Both the position numbers and the translations under genes were made by a program. Below the pieces are notes generated by a model. That model made no database searches and was not told where the DNA came from. It was given only the letters and a program-made list of their open reading frames with translations. From an uncultured Thermoleophilia bacterium (GTDB taxonomy: Bacteria > Actinomycetota > Thermoleophilia > Solirubrobacterales > CAVPYU01), in the NCBI GenBank assembly GCA_963710065.1, contig CAVPYU010000005.1, positions 491,053 through 555,052 of the forward strand: 64,000 bases of DNA, written 5' to 3'. Below are positions 1-10,433 of the stretch, one piece after another. Numbering within the stretch: the stretch's first letter is position 1; each line of letters begins with the position of its first letter.

Positions 1-2303
1 TACACCGTGAAAGGTCGCTCGATATTCTGCTGCCGTGGTGTTCCCCGCATGTAGAAGCGGTGCATGAAATCGAAGTAGTGGCCGATAACTCCCGGATCGG
101 ACCCGCTTTCGTGATACGAATCATTTCGCTCATCTTGGGGCCAGTTGGTGTGGACCACGTCGAACCACTGGCCGTCACCAGCTCTGTTCAACCAGTGGTA
201 CCAGTGTCTTCCCTGAAACTCGTATGGGTTGTCCGGGTTGCCGGTCTCTGGATCGGGGTTCGGTGCGTACGTGCCGACATGCCAGTTGTAGTTTCCACCG
301 CCCTCTTCAAAACCAGCGGGAAACTTCAGCGAGTACTTCATCCGATTAGTACCGACTGCCCCATCGATCCTTTGACCACGTGGCAAGCTGTAATAGACAT
401 AGATGCTCTGAGTGTCGTTTACGCACTCGGGACTTGTGTCGATGGGGCCCTGCTCGGCGGCGAGGCTCTGTTGACTCCCGTGGTCCCCCTCATCGGTTGC
501 TAAAGATACCGTTCCATCACATCCCTCTCCTTGATACCACATCCATGGGGTCGCGTCGGCTACATTCGGATCGTCCCCAACCAGCTCCTCGTTGCTTCTG
601 TACTGCTCGAAGTCGTCCACCGTGTAGACATATCCTGGGTCCTGCCATTTGTTTATACGGATCGAGTCCTTCCTATAGCTCAGGCTTGCGTCAGGGCTTG
701 CGACAGACACCGTCTGAATTCCTTGTCGTGAGTACGGGCGCACAGCCACCTCCAGCATGCTCGACGATCGAACAGACACATCTTGTTGCAACTCATCACC
801 GATTTTTACCTGTGTCAAATCGTTGAAATTCTTACCGGTTATCCTGAGGTTTCCACCAGCTGCTCTGACTACTGATCGTGGGGAAATACCACTGATTTGG
901 ACCCCATCTTCTGGACCGTCTAACGGGTCCTGCTCCAGTGTTACAGCATCGTCAAGCACCGCTGTGCCCCCGTCTGGGTTTCTAACCGTTACGTCGTGGG
1001 TGCCCTTCTTAAGGGTCGTCGGCAGCTTGATCAGCACATGCGTTGAGCTGACCCACTTAGTCGAGGCTGATGTCTTCCCAACTGTCACATCAACGCCATA
1101 GGAGAACTTGCTCCCAAATAACACCAGGACCCGTGAGCTAACCAATGCGCTCGGTGGTTCAAGGCCGGGTGGCGTTGGACTGCTTACGTTGTTTGAGCTA
1201 CTGGGCTCGCTTGGGGATTTTTCGGATACTGGGTCGGACTCCGAACTTCCATTCTCTTTGCATAGGTTCCGCTCGATACGCGAACTGACCCTCTTACCAA
1301 ACTTGGTCGTATATGTCTCACAATGGGTGGAGCTTGCACGTCTTTCTATGGCCCGATCAACTATGCCAGGGCCGATTCCAGCAGCAAAACTTGCGATCCG
1401 GTCGTCAGCGGTACCAAGGATATGAAGCGCAGTGCCTTGATCTGGAACATGCGTCTTTCCCAGGTCCCACATGTCATAGACCCATGCACCTCGGTAGTTT
1501 ATTGATGTGCTGTTTGCATTGATGTCCCAGCTTGAGTCGTGCTGAACAGCGATCGACTCGACATACGGCCGATCGTCTTCCATATATGTGACCTCTAGCT
1601 CCGGACGCACATTCTCAGGGCCCTCCGACATGAATATTGAGCCCGAACCCTGCCCGTCCGGATAAGGCAACCTGAAACCGTTCCTGGGAGCCAGAAGAAG
1701 CCCGTTGTTTTGCCTGGTCCCAGCGACCCATGTCTGAACGGCCTGTGTTATCTCAAGCCGAATACGCCCGTCTTCTGCCACACCGGCTCTGTCCTGTAAC
1801 TCGTTCGAGAAGTCATCGCCTCTGGCACTTACACCCCACCCAGTCCATGAGAGCTCATCTGAGGCCTGCAGCCACGTGACTTCACCTTCATCCCACGGCT
1901 TGCCGACCGGGTAGGCAAAAATCTCGCCCGCTGTATCCGGAGGTGCGTTGTAGGTAGAGAGCGTCAACGTTGCACTGCTCACAGTCGCTTTCTGAGGGAT
2001 CTGGGCGTCCAAATCTGCGAATCTGATCAGACAGACCTCAGAATTCAGATAGTGCTGTCTCGGCCTTCCCTCGGGACGGTCCCCATTGTTGAAGTCCGGA
2101 TACTTCTGTAGAGAGCAGGCATCCTCAACTCCGGTATTGATCGTAACCGTCGTCTGAACCGGTACGTCTGATGCGTAACTTCCATCTGCCTTGACAACAA
2201 AAATAGCCAGAATAGAAACGGTGAGCCCGAGCGCCACAAATCCCTTTGCGCTCCATGAAACGGCCTTAGTGTTGGCTAAAAGTTTTTGACTAACCTCAAT
2301 CAT
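1..2303 (-). CDS. Large secreted/surface protein, N-terminal 767 codons (3' end lies beyond the window start): signal/anchor, DNRLRE-like module, IPT/TIG-like repeats, Trp/His-rich distal domain
   Basis: Hand translation of the minus strand from ATG 2303-2301 (AGGTGA 5 nt upstream) stays open for all 767 codons to position 1. It is absent from the ORF track only because it has no in-window stop. The N-terminus MIEVSQKLLANTKAVSWSAKGFVALGLTVSILAIFVV is hydrophobic. ATVSSATLTLSTYNAPPDTAGEIFAYPVGKPWDEGEVTWLQA resembles DNRLRE-type modules. GISPRSVVRAAGGNLRITGKNFNDLTQVKIGD resembles IPT/TIG. Confidence 0.75.
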   Translation of the reverse strand, partial: MIEVSQKLLANTKAVSWSAKGFVALGLTVSILAIFVVKADGSYASDVPVQTTVTINTGVEDACSLQKYPDFNNGDRPEGRPRQHYLNSEVCLIRFADLDAQIPQKATVSSATLTLSTYNAPPDTAGEIFAYPVGKPWDEGEVTWLQASDELSWTGWGVSARGDDFSNELQDRAGVAEDGRIRLEITQAVQTWVAGTRQNNGLLLAPRNGFRLPYPDGQGSGSIFMSEGPENVRPELEVTYMEDDRPYVESIAVQHDSSWDINANSTSINYRGAWVYDMWDLGKTHVPDQGTALHILGTADDRIASFAAGIGPGIVDRAIERRASSTHCETYTTKFGKRVSSRIERNLCKENGSSESDPVSEKSPSEPSSSNNVSSPTPPGLEPPSALVSSRVLVLFGSKFSYGVDVTVGKTSASTKWVSSTHVLIKLPTTLKKGTHDVTVRNPDGGTAVLDDAVTLEQDPLDGPEDGVQISGISPRSVVRAAGGNLRITGKNFNDLTQVKIGDELQQDVSVRSSSMLEVAVRPYSRQGIQTVSVASPDASLSYRKDSIRINKWQDPGYVYTVDDFEQYRSNEELVGDDPNVADATPWMWYQGEGCDGTVSLATDEGDHGSQQSLAAEQGPIDTSPECVNDTQSIYVYYSLPRGQRIDGAVGTNRMKYSLKFPAGFEEGGGNYNWHVGTYAPNPDPETGNPDNPYEFQGRHWYHWLNRAGDGQWFDVVHTNWPQDERNDSYHESGSDPGVIGHYFDFMHRFYMRGTPRQQNIERPFTV

Positions 2304-2373
2304 ACGTTCACCTATGTGAACGCGGCGGCAGGCTGTTCGTGCCGGTTGGAACTGTTGCTGGTAAGACCTGCTT

Positions 2374-3651
2374 CTAGCTGATCGCTTCGCGCTCTCCGGC
2401 GGGTTTGTCGATCCCCGCTGCCTCGCGCAACGTGTCTGCCTTGTCGGTCTTCTCCCAGGTGAAGTCGTGCTCGTCACGCCCGAAGTGACCGTAGGTTGCA
2501 GTCTTCCTGTAGATCGGCCTACGCAGGTCCAGGTCTCTGAGAATCGCACCTGGCCGTAGATCGAAGTGTTCGTCGATCAGCTCCTCGATACGTGCGGTTG
2601 GTACACGCTCGGTACCGAAAGTCTCGACCATGACCGAGATCGGGTGGGCCACACCGATTGCGTATGCGACCTGCACCTCGCAGCGATCTGCCAGACCTGC
2701 CGCAACCACGTTCTTGGCTACATAACGAACCGCGTACGCTGCGGAACGGTCGACCTTTGACGGGTCCTTTCCTGAAAAGGCGCCGCCACCGTGTCTTGCC
2801 GCACCGCCGTATGTATCGACGATGATCTTCCTACCGGTTAGGCCCGCGTCACCCATCGGGCCTCCGATCTCGAACTTTCCAGTTGGGTTCACCAGGAAGT
2901 TCTCCAGCAGCGTCCTTTCGTCGTAAAGCTCCGCCGGAAGCACCGGGTGCAATACATGCTCCCAAAGATCGGGTTTGATCAGCGTCTCAGAGTCGACGCC
3001 GGGTTTATGCTGTGTAGATATAAGCACCTTGGCGATCTCTATAGGCTGTCCGTGCTCGTAACGCACCGTTACCTGCGACTTCCCATCTGGCCGCAGATAG
3101 GGAACGATATCGCCCTTGCGCACTTCGGCCAACCTCTGTGTCAGCGTGTGCGCTAGCTGGATCGGCAACGGCATTAGCTCCTTGCTCTCTCGGGCTGCAT
3201 ATCCGAACATCATGCCCTGGTCGCCGGCGCCTTCCTTGTCCAGTGGGTCGTCGTCGCCGGGAACGTGGCGCGCCTCGTACGCTGCGTCCACGCCTTGAGC
3301 GATGTCAGGGGATTGTTCGTCTATCGTCGTTATCACGGCGCATGTCTCTGCATCGAAGCCGTACTTGGCTCTGGTATATCCGACGTCACGCACCACCTCA
3401 CGTGCCACCTTCGGAATATCCACGTACGTCTCGGTCGTAATCTCGCCTCCAACGACGATCATTCCCGTGTTTACAAAGGTCTCGCATGCGACTCGCCCGT
3501 ATGGATCGTCGGTTAGAACCGCATCTAGAACTGCATCGGATATCTGATCGGCGATCTTGTCTGGGTGTCCCTCGGTGACCGACTCCGACGTGAATAGATA
3601 TTCGTTTTCTCCTAGGCCTTTGCTGCTTATTTTTCCGTCTTCAACACTCAT
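2374..3651 (-). CDS. metK: S-adenosylmethionine synthetase
   Basis: 425-aa ORF with the MetK motifs [34 protein letters not shown] and [19 protein letters not shown]. Confidence 0.97.
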   Translation of the reverse strand: MSVEDGKISSKGLGENEYLFTSESVTEGHPDKIADQISDAVLDAVLTDDPYGRVACETFVNTGMIVVGGEITTETYVDIPKVAREVVRDVGYTRAKYGFDAETCAVITTIDEQSPDIAQGVDAAYEARHVPGDDDPLDKEGAGDQGMMFGYAARESKELMPLPIQLAHTLTQRLAEVRKGDIVPYLRPDGKSQVTVRYEHGQPIEIAKVLISTQHKPGVDSETLIKPDLWEHVLHPVLPAELYDERTLLENFLVNPTGKFEIGGPMGDAGLTGRKIIVDTYGGAARHGGGAFSGKDPSKVDRSAAYAVRYVAKNVVAAGLADRCEVQVAYAIGVAHPISVMVETFGTERVPTARIEELIDEHFDLRPGAILRDLDLRRPIYRKTATYGHFGRDEHDFTWEKTDKADTLREAAGIDKPAGEREAIS

Positions 3652-3760
3652 AGCTAGTTTTTACTCCTGTCTGCATTTTCCACTTAAGGGTTTCGGATAG
3701 TCTCTAAGTACTCTAAGAGCCGAGAGGTTAGCGTGAAAGACTGAAAATGAACGAAAAAAG

Positions 3761-5113
3761 CTACTTGCCGACCGGCGATTCTTCCCGCCTGCTTCTGCGC
3801 CCTCCACGACTATCCTTGCCCCTGAAATCGATGATCACCGGTACGCCCTCCAATTTGTAGCGCTGCCGAAGTCTGTTCTCAAAAAAGAAGGCATAGTCGC
3901 GTTGAATCCGGCGACGGTCGTTGATGTACACGTTGAACTTCGATGGACCTGCCTCGACCTGGGTCATGTAGTAGATCCTGAGCCGCCTGCCCCCAACCGC
4001 CGGAGGCTGTTTCTCTGCTTGAACATCGGTGACAAAGCGGTTCAGCTCTGCCGTTGAGACTCTGGATCGATATCTCTCGTACAGCGACAGTGCATCCTGT
4101 AGTAGGGCGCCAATATTCCGACCGGTTTTCGCCGATGTAGTCACAAGCTTTGGTCTGAGCCGCATCTTCTTTTCGATGCGCCCTTTTGCGTAATCCAGAT
4201 CGGCTTGGTGGATGTCCCATTTGTTCAAGACGATAATCACTGCACAGCCGGCACGCATCGCAAGATCGGCGATCTTTAGATCCTCTGAGGTAACTCCGTC
4301 TACTGCGTCACAGACCACCAGCGCGATATCAGCGCGTTGAGCCGCGTTTTCACTTCTGATCTGAGAGTAGTAGTCGATACTGCCTGCGACCTTCGACTTC
4401 TTTCGCAGCCCTGCTGTATCGACCAGGATCAACCCCGCTCCATCAACTTCCAACCGCGTGTCTATTGCGTCCCTAGTTGTGCCCGGTTTATCGTGAACGA
4501 CGACCCTCTCCTCGCCTGCGAAAGCATTGACCAAAGAGGATTTGCCTACATTCGGCCGGCCCAGAACGGCCAACCTCGGAACCTTCGCTTCAGGTTCAGA
4601 GCCCTTTTCCCCTTCGCATGCGATCTCTGCCAGTCGATCCATCAGGTCACCGGTTCCCAGCCCGTGGGTCGCAGATACAGGTAGTGGCTCTCCTAGGCCC
4701 AGTCCGTAAAACTCGGCTGCGGCAGGCATCTCCTCATAGTTGTCTATCTTGTTTACAACGACCGTAACCGGCTTGCCCAGGCCCCTAAGCCACGATGCAA
4801 GCTCCTCATCACCTGGCGTTGTACCGAGCCTTGCGTCGACGACCAACAGCACGGCCTGGGACTCTTCAACCGCAAGCCGGGCTTGGCGTTGGACCTGAGA
4901 CGAAAGCTCGACTTTGTCTTCTTGGTCTATTCCACCGGTATCTACAAGTAAAAAGGTTATGCCGTTCCATTCTGTCTCAACCTCTTTTCGGTCGCGAGTC
5001 ACTCCGGCCTCACTGTGTACGACTGCCTCGCGGGTACCTGATAAGCGGTTGACCAGCGTTGACTTGCCGACGTTCGGGAAGCCCACTACAGCGATGCGCG
5101 CAAGTTCACTCAT
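3761..5113 (-). CDS. der: Ribosome-associated GTPase Der/EngA
   Basis: 450 aa with two tandem G domains (GFPNVGKSTLVNRL...DTGG...NKID and GRPNVGKSSLVNAF...DTAG...NKWD) and a KH-like basic C-terminus. Confidence 0.95.
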   Translation of the reverse strand: MSELARIAVVGFPNVGKSTLVNRLSGTREAVVHSEAGVTRDRKEVETEWNGITFLLVDTGGIDQEDKVELSSQVQRQARLAVEESQAVLLVVDARLGTTPGDEELASWLRGLGKPVTVVVNKIDNYEEMPAAAEFYGLGLGEPLPVSATHGLGTGDLMDRLAEIACEGEKGSEPEAKVPRLAVLGRPNVGKSSLVNAFAGEERVVVHDKPGTTRDAIDTRLEVDGAGLILVDTAGLRKKSKVAGSIDYYSQIRSENAAQRADIALVVCDAVDGVTSEDLKIADLAMRAGCAVIIVLNKWDIHQADLDYAKGRIEKKMRLRPKLVTTSAKTGRNIGALLQDALSLYERYRSRVSTAELNRFVTDVQAEKQPPAVGGRRLRIYYMTQVEAGPSKFNVYINDRRRIQRDYAFFFENRLRQRYKLEGVPVIIDFRGKDSRGGRRSRREESPVGK

Positions 5114-5774
5114 CTTTGTTTTTTCTGACCAGGGGGACGATCCTGTTTACAACCTCATCGACTCTCAGTTTGGAGGTGTCGATCACCACGGCGCCGTCTG
5201 CTTCTTTCAACGGTGAGACCTTACGCGTCGAGTCCGCCTCGTCCCTCTTTGACATCGCCCTGCGAATAAGATCATCGTCTGCTTTGACGCCCCGCTCTGC
5301 AAGCTCCGCGGTTCTTCTTGACGCCCTGGTCTCTTCATCTGCTGTTAAGAAAACCTTCAGTTGGGCCTCGGGTGCAACCACCGTGCCGATATCACGCCCT
5401 TCAGCAACATAGTCACCGTGGGCCAGTATCGTTCGTTGTCTTTTCACCAGTTCCTCACGTACCTTTGGATGTGTCGCAATCTGCGAGCTGGCCCCGCTTA
5501 CTTTCGGTTTTCTTAGCTCGTCTGACACGTCCTGTCCGTCGAGCAGCACCTTATAGTGGCCTTTTCCGCGATCCTCCAACACAAGATCCATCGACGACGC
5601 CACCTTGGCGACCGCATCCTCGTCTTTGAGGTCGATCTTGGCCTTGAGCGCACTAAAGGCAACCGCACGGTACATAGCTCCCGAATTGAGATATACGTAA
5701 CCGAGCCGCTCTGCGAGCGCCTGTGCGACCGTGCTCTTTCCGGCCCCGGCCGGTCCATCTATCGCAATGACCAT
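5106..5774 (-). CDS. cmk: Cytidylate kinase
   Basis: 222 aa with P-loop IAIDGPAGAGKSTVAQALA and a YLNSGAMYRA motif. It overlaps the der start by 8 nt in the conserved cmk-der order. Confidence 0.93.
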   Translation of the reverse strand: MVIAIDGPAGAGKSTVAQALAERLGYVYLNSGAMYRAVAFSALKAKIDLKDEDAVAKVASSMDLVLEDRGKGHYKVLLDGQDVSDELRKPKVSGASSQIATHPKVREELVKRQRTILAHGDYVAEGRDIGTVVAPEAQLKVFLTADEETRASRRTAELAERGVKADDDLIRRAMSKRDEADSTRKVSPLKEADGAVVIDTSKLRVDEVVNRIVPLVRKNKDE

Positions 5775-5819
5775 GCAGGAAAGCCTAGATGGTCCGGTCT
5801 GATCCAGCGACCTTGTTTG

Positions 5820-7118
5820 CTACTGGACCACCAGACCCTCAATGTCAGATATGAAGTTGGGGTATGAGATCTCTACCGACTCCATGCCACGCACCTCAAC
5901 GCCCTCTCGGGACGCAAGCCCCGCTACTGCGCCGAGCATCGCCAGCCGGTGATCGCCACCAGCGTCTATCGTCCCACCACGCAGACTGCCGATACCATCG
6001 ACAACAAACCCGTCATCGGTCGCCTCGATTTCGGCGCCAAGCGCCTTAAGTCCGTCTACAACCGCAGCGATTCTGTCGGACTCCTTGTAACGCAGCTCCT
6101 GCGCCCCCGTGACCCGTGTCTCTCCATTCGCAAACACTGCTAGGAGAGCGACCAGTGGAAGCTCGTCGATCATCAACGGCACCTCTTCTGCGCCCACCTG
6201 CGTCGCCTCTAGCTCTGATCCACGGATGACCAGGCTGGAGACCGGCTCATCGGTCGCGCTCGCCTTGTCAGCTGTCTCGACAACACCCGACAGTTCGGCC
6301 CCCATCCTCTCCAGCACGCGCAGCAGACCGGTACGGGTCCAGTTGACCCCCACCCCATCAAGTTCGAGCTCAGATTGGGGAAGAATTGCTGCAACTGCCA
6401 ATGCGTAGGCGGCCGATGAGAAGTCACCAGGCACGACGACTCGGTCCAGGCTCAGTGTATCGGCCGTAGCAACGGAGATCCTGCCCCCACTATCGCCCGG
6501 CTCGACCTCCAGCGACGCCCCTGCCCGCCTAAGTAACCGCTCGGTGTGATCCCTGCTTTGAATCCGCTCAACGACGACCGTCCTACCTTCGGCCAGCAGC
6601 CCTGCCAGCAGAATGCATGACTTGACCTGGGCGCTGGCAACTGGGAGCTCGTACTCGATCCCCTTAAGCTCTGCTCCATTAACGGTTAGCGGTGGGTAGT
6701 GCTCGTCATGCAGCTCTATATCTGCCCCCATTTGGCCCAAGGGCGCCGAGATACGTTCCATCGGCCTGCGCCGTATACTCTCGTCTCCATCGATGGTGAA
6801 GCGCTTACCGATCTGCCCCGACAGCCATCCCGGAAGCAGTCGAATCAAAGTTCCTGCGTTTCCTGCATCGATTGTGGAGTCTGGCTCTTTCACACCGCGA
6901 AGCCCCACTCCAGAGATCCTCCCGTCGGAAAGATCGGCGCCCAGCCTACTCACAGCAGCTCCGGTGGAGTGCACATCTGTTGCGGAAAGTAGGTTCTCGA
7001 TCGCCACCCCGCCTTCGCACATTGCACCGATGATCAACGCTCTGTGCGATATCGATTTGTCCGGAGGCGGCAAAAGCTGGCCGGCGATCCTTTTTACGGG
7101 ATCAAAACGGTAGTCCAT
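5820..7118 (-). CDS. aroA: 3-phosphoshikimate 1-carboxyvinyltransferase (EPSP synthase)
   Basis: 432 aa with LPPPDKSISHRALIIGAM, NAGTLIRLL, LRYKESDRIAAV and GDHRLAMLGAVAGL, all typical of EPSP synthase. Confidence 0.95.
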   Translation of the reverse strand: MDYRFDPVKRIAGQLLPPPDKSISHRALIIGAMCEGGVAIENLLSATDVHSTGAAVSRLGADLSDGRISGVGLRGVKEPDSTIDAGNAGTLIRLLPGWLSGQIGKRFTIDGDESIRRRPMERISAPLGQMGADIELHDEHYPPLTVNGAELKGIEYELPVASAQVKSCILLAGLLAEGRTVVVERIQSRDHTERLLRRAGASLEVEPGDSGGRISVATADTLSLDRVVVPGDFSSAAYALAVAAILPQSELELDGVGVNWTRTGLLRVLERMGAELSGVVETADKASATDEPVSSLVIRGSELEATQVGAEEVPLMIDELPLVALLAVFANGETRVTGAQELRYKESDRIAAVVDGLKALGAEIEATDDGFVVDGIGSLRGGTIDAGGDHRLAMLGAVAGLASREGVEVRGMESVEISYPNFISDIEGLVVQ

Positions 7119-7140
7119 CTCTAATCATGCCGGCATCTTG

Positions 7141-8250
7141 CTAGGCGGTTCCGGTATCAACGCGAACCGCTGGGTAGCCAAGTCCCGACACTACCTCCTC
7201 CGCCTTTTTTACTTGATCCACACCCGCAATCCACAGGGAAATCGCTCCGGAGCTCATGTCGGGAGCCGGATACAGGTTCATATCTGCGATGTTTACACCG
7301 GCCTCACTTAGCGCCAGCGAAAGCTTTGCCAGAACGCCTGGCTTGTTTGGTACGGGGACTCTGAGCTGGAATATCTTCTCGCCGTCGAGTTGAGGTGCGA
7401 GCAGGTGTTTTCTATGCTCACGGGCGTTCAGAATCCATTCATCCACCGCGTTCCTGTCCCCGCTGCGCAAGACAGTTGTCACATCGTCCAACATTCGTGC
7501 CAGCGCGTCGGTCTCTCTTGCGACCGCCTCGCTGTTTTCCAAAAAGATGTCGGTCCAGATCGACGGGTTCGAACCCGCCACTCTGGTCATGTCACGAAAG
7601 CTGGGACCGGTCGCCGGCAGTCGTTCACCCTCCTCGGCCAAAGTGCTTGCCGCCTGGTCTGCAAGCACGTTGGCGAGCACGTGCGGCAGATGACTTACAG
7701 TCGCCATTAGCCGGTCATGCGTGTCCGCGTCGATCGCCTGTGGGCGGGCGCCGATGTCGGCGATCAATCTGTAAAGCCTCTCGTAGAGCATTCCCTCGGT
7801 CTTCTCAGTAGGCGTCAAGTACCAGACTCCGCCTTTGAACAGTCTTGCGACTGCGTGTTCAACACCGGCGGCTTCAGCCCCCGCAAGAGGGTGTCCCCCA
7901 ATGAATCTTCTGTCTTCGTCCCCATCGAGCGACTCGATTACCGCAGCCTTTACAGAGCCGACATCGCTGACTACGCAGTCTTCATCCGAATACTCAAGCG
8001 CCTCTCGAACGACCTCAGCCAGCTTGCCGACGGGACAGGCGATTATGCAAACCTTGGCGCCGGCAACAGCATCTTTTATCGAGTCACAGGGCTCGGTGAT
8101 CGCCCCCATCGTGAGAGCACGTTCAAGCACGCCCTCGGCCACGTCAAATCCCCGTACCTCTGTGTCGGGGAGGTTTTCCCGGACCGCCAATCCAACAGAG
8201 CCACCGATTAGCCCCACGCCCAAAACAGCAACGGGGTTAACGGAGCTCAC
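7141..8250 (-). CDS. tyrA: Prephenate dehydrogenase with C-terminal ACT domain
   Basis: 369 aa. It has an N-terminal Rossmann motif VLGVGLIGGSVGLA, a GGHPLAG motif, and a C-terminal ACT-like segment IFQLRVPVPNKPGVLAKLSLALSEAGVNI. Confidence 0.9.
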   Translation of the reverse strand: MSSVNPVAVLGVGLIGGSVGLAVRENLPDTEVRGFDVAEGVLERALTMGAITEPCDSIKDAVAGAKVCIIACPVGKLAEVVREALEYSDEDCVVSDVGSVKAAVIESLDGDEDRRFIGGHPLAGAEAAGVEHAVARLFKGGVWYLTPTEKTEGMLYERLYRLIADIGARPQAIDADTHDRLMATVSHLPHVLANVLADQAASTLAEEGERLPATGPSFRDMTRVAGSNPSIWTDIFLENSEAVARETDALARMLDDVTTVLRSGDRNAVDEWILNAREHRKHLLAPQLDGEKIFQLRVPVPNKPGVLAKLSLALSEAGVNIADMNLYPAPDMSSGAISLWIAGVDQVKKAEEVVSGLGYPAVRVDTGTA

Positions 8251-9272
8251 TTTTCTTTTACTGTCTTGCCAACAAGTTTCGCGACCCGGTTCACCTGCCG
8301 CACGTATTCAGCGAACTCTGATGTCGGCAACGCCTGCGGCCCGTCGCAAAGAGCAGATTCTGGATCGGGGTGGGCCTCCACGATTATCCCGTCTGCGCCT
8401 CCCGCAGCTGCGGCCATAGACACAGGTGGCACCAGGTCCCTTCGACCGGCAGCGTGACTTGGGTCGACGACCACCGGGAGATGAGAGAGTTCTTGCAGGA
8501 TCGGTATCGCCAGGATGTCGAGCGTGAACCTGGTCGCCGGCTCATAGGTTCTAATACCGCGCTCACAGAGCATGACGTCTGTGGTGCCCTCCTTGAGAAT
8601 GTACTCCGCAGCCATCAACAGCTCTTCCAGCGTACCTGCCAAGCCTCGCTTTAAAAGCGCAGGCTTGCCGCTCCTACCTATCTCGGTCAGTAAGTTGTAG
8701 TTCTGCATGTTGCGGGCACCGATTTGGATCACATCGGCAACTTCGACAACGGCGTCAATGTCTCGGACGCTCATCACCTCAGTAACGATCGGCAGACCGG
8801 TCTCTTCTTTTGCCTTGGCAAGAATCTGCAATCCCTCCGATCCAAGTCCCTGGAAGCTGTATGGCGAGGTTCTCGGTTTGAATGCGCCTCCCCGAAGCAT
8901 CGTCACGCCTGCATCTCGACAGGCGCGGGCAGTTTCAAGAGTCTGGTCGAGCGACTCCACCGTGCACGGACCACCGATAATCCCAAAATATCCGCCGCCG
9001 ATCTTGTGCCCATCGATATCGACAACAGTTCGCTCACCCTTTTTAAACTGCAAAGAGGAAAGCTTGTAAGGCTTGGATATCGGCACAACATGATCAACAC
9101 CGGGCGCAGCATCGAGCTCCAGCCCGGCAACCTTCTCGGGGTCGCCGATCGCTCCGATGACAGTTAACACATCGCCCTCGGAGATATGGGCACGGGCCCC
9201 TATCGTTTCTACTTTTTCCGCGACCGATTTGATCTGGTCCTCGGTCGCATCCTCTCTCATCACAATCATCAT
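8247..9272 (-). CDS. aroF: 3-deoxy-7-phosphoheptulonate (DAHP) synthase, type I-beta, with N-terminal ferredoxin-like regulatory domain
   Basis: 341 aa. A ~70-aa N-terminal regulatory-type domain (MMIVMREDATEDQIKSVAEKVETIGA...) precedes the KDO8P/DAHPS core (GPCTVES, LRGGAFKPRTSPYSFQGLG, IGARNMQN, VDPSHA). It overlaps the tyrA start by 4 nt. Confidence 0.9.
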   Translation of the reverse strand: MMIVMREDATEDQIKSVAEKVETIGARAHISEGDVLTVIGAIGDPEKVAGLELDAAPGVDHVVPISKPYKLSSLQFKKGERTVVDIDGHKIGGGYFGIIGGPCTVESLDQTLETARACRDAGVTMLRGGAFKPRTSPYSFQGLGSEGLQILAKAKEETGLPIVTEVMSVRDIDAVVEVADVIQIGARNMQNYNLLTEIGRSGKPALLKRGLAGTLEELLMAAEYILKEGTTDVMLCERGIRTYEPATRFTLDILAIPILQELSHLPVVVDPSHAAGRRDLVPPVSMAAAAGGADGIIVEAHPDPESALCDGPQALPTSEFAEYVRQVNRVAKLVGKTVKEK

Positions 9273-9325
9273 TTTCGTATCACCTTGAGAACATTCTATG
9301 TCGAAAGCGCAATTCCCACATCTGT

Positions 9326-10423
9326 CTACTTATTAAATACTTTTTCTAGCGCACTGATAAAGCGTTCGTTTTCGGTACGTGTTCCGTATGTCACCCTGAT
9401 GTAGTCCTCGGCCCCGACGGCCTTACCCGGACGCACGATCACACCGTTTCTGGCAAGCCCTTCAACCACGCGATCCTCATCGCGTAAACCAAGCGCTATC
9501 CACGAAAAGTTTGCCTGAGACCTCGGTGACTCCAGTCCAAGCCTTTGAAGCTCCTCTTCAATCCACATCCGCTCAACGACGTTCTGCTCGGTCCTGCGCG
9601 TGACATCGTCCTGGTGGCGGAGTGCCTCAATCGCCGCCGCTTGCGCCAAACGGTTCACGCTAAATGGCTGCCTGACGGCGTCAACCGCATCTCGGAACTC
9701 TGTCGAGCAAAGTGCGTAACCGACTCTAAGGCCCGCCAGCCCATGTATCTTCGAGAAGGTGCGAAGCAGGACCAGGTTCGGGTATCTCTTCATTAGGTCC
9801 AATGACGTATCCGGGTCCTCGACGGTTTGAAAGTCTGTGTAGGCCTCGTCGAGGATGACGCAGACACTGTCCGGTACCTTCTCCAGCAGTTTGGATATCT
9901 CATCGCTCGGCAGATAGGTCCCAGTCGGATTGTTGGGATTACAGACGACCATCAGCCGTGTCCGTTCGTTTATCGCGTCCGCCATGGCATCGAGATCGTG
10001 TTCGTAGTTCTCCGTCAAAGGGACCGTTGTCGGAACTGTGTCTGTAAGGGCAGCCATCTGCGGATACATCGAAAACGAGGGCCATGCGTAAACAAGCTCG
10101 CATCCAAGCTCGATCAACGCCTCAGCCGCCGCTAGAAGGATCTCACAAGAACCGTTGCCGACCGTAACCTGTCCGGCGGGCAGATCGTAGTGTTCCGCCA
10201 CCGCTCGTCGTAGAGCGACCGCACCGGCGTCCGGGTAACGGTTCAGGTCTTTAAGACAGTTCGCGATTACTTCCTGAACAGCAGGCGCTGGTGAAAAAGG
10301 CGATTCATTCGATGCCAGCTTTACCACGTCGCTGATCTGATAGCGGTCGCGGGCAGCATCCACGTCCAGACCCGCTGAGTAATGTGGCATGCGCGCGAGC
10401 TTCTGTGCGAACTTGACACTCAT
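9326..10423 (-). CDS. hisC: Histidinol-phosphate / aromatic aminotransferase (class II PLP enzyme)
   Basis: 365 aa with KLASNESPFSP, NPNNPTG and TFSKIHGLAGLRVGY (PLP lysine). It sits inside the aromatic block, as hisC does in the Bacillus trp/aro supraoperon. Confidence 0.88.
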   Translation of the reverse strand: MSVKFAQKLARMPHYSAGLDVDAARDRYQISDVVKLASNESPFSPAPAVQEVIANCLKDLNRYPDAGAVALRRAVAEHYDLPAGQVTVGNGSCEILLAAAEALIELGCELVYAWPSFSMYPQMAALTDTVPTTVPLTENYEHDLDAMADAINERTRLMVVCNPNNPTGTYLPSDEISKLLEKVPDSVCVILDEAYTDFQTVEDPDTSLDLMKRYPNLVLLRTFSKIHGLAGLRVGYALCSTEFRDAVDAVRQPFSVNRLAQAAAIEALRHQDDVTRRTEQNVVERMWIEEELQRLGLESPRSQANFSWIALGLRDEDRVVEGLARNGVIVRPGKAVGAEDYIRVTYGTRTENERFISALEKVFNK

Positions 10424-10433
10424 CTAGATGAGT

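Noticed and set aside
2305-2322. Hairpin CGTTCAC-ctat-GTGAACG between metK and the downstream surface-protein gene, considered as the metK terminator
   Set aside because: It has only 7 bp and no U-tract in the minus sense. It overlaps the AGGTGA ribosome-binding site of the next gene, so at most it is a weak translational element.
3652-3760. SAM riboswitch in the metK leader
   Set aside because: The 109-nt region lacks SAM-I and SAM-IV consensus blocks, and I could not draw a convincing multi-helix junction.
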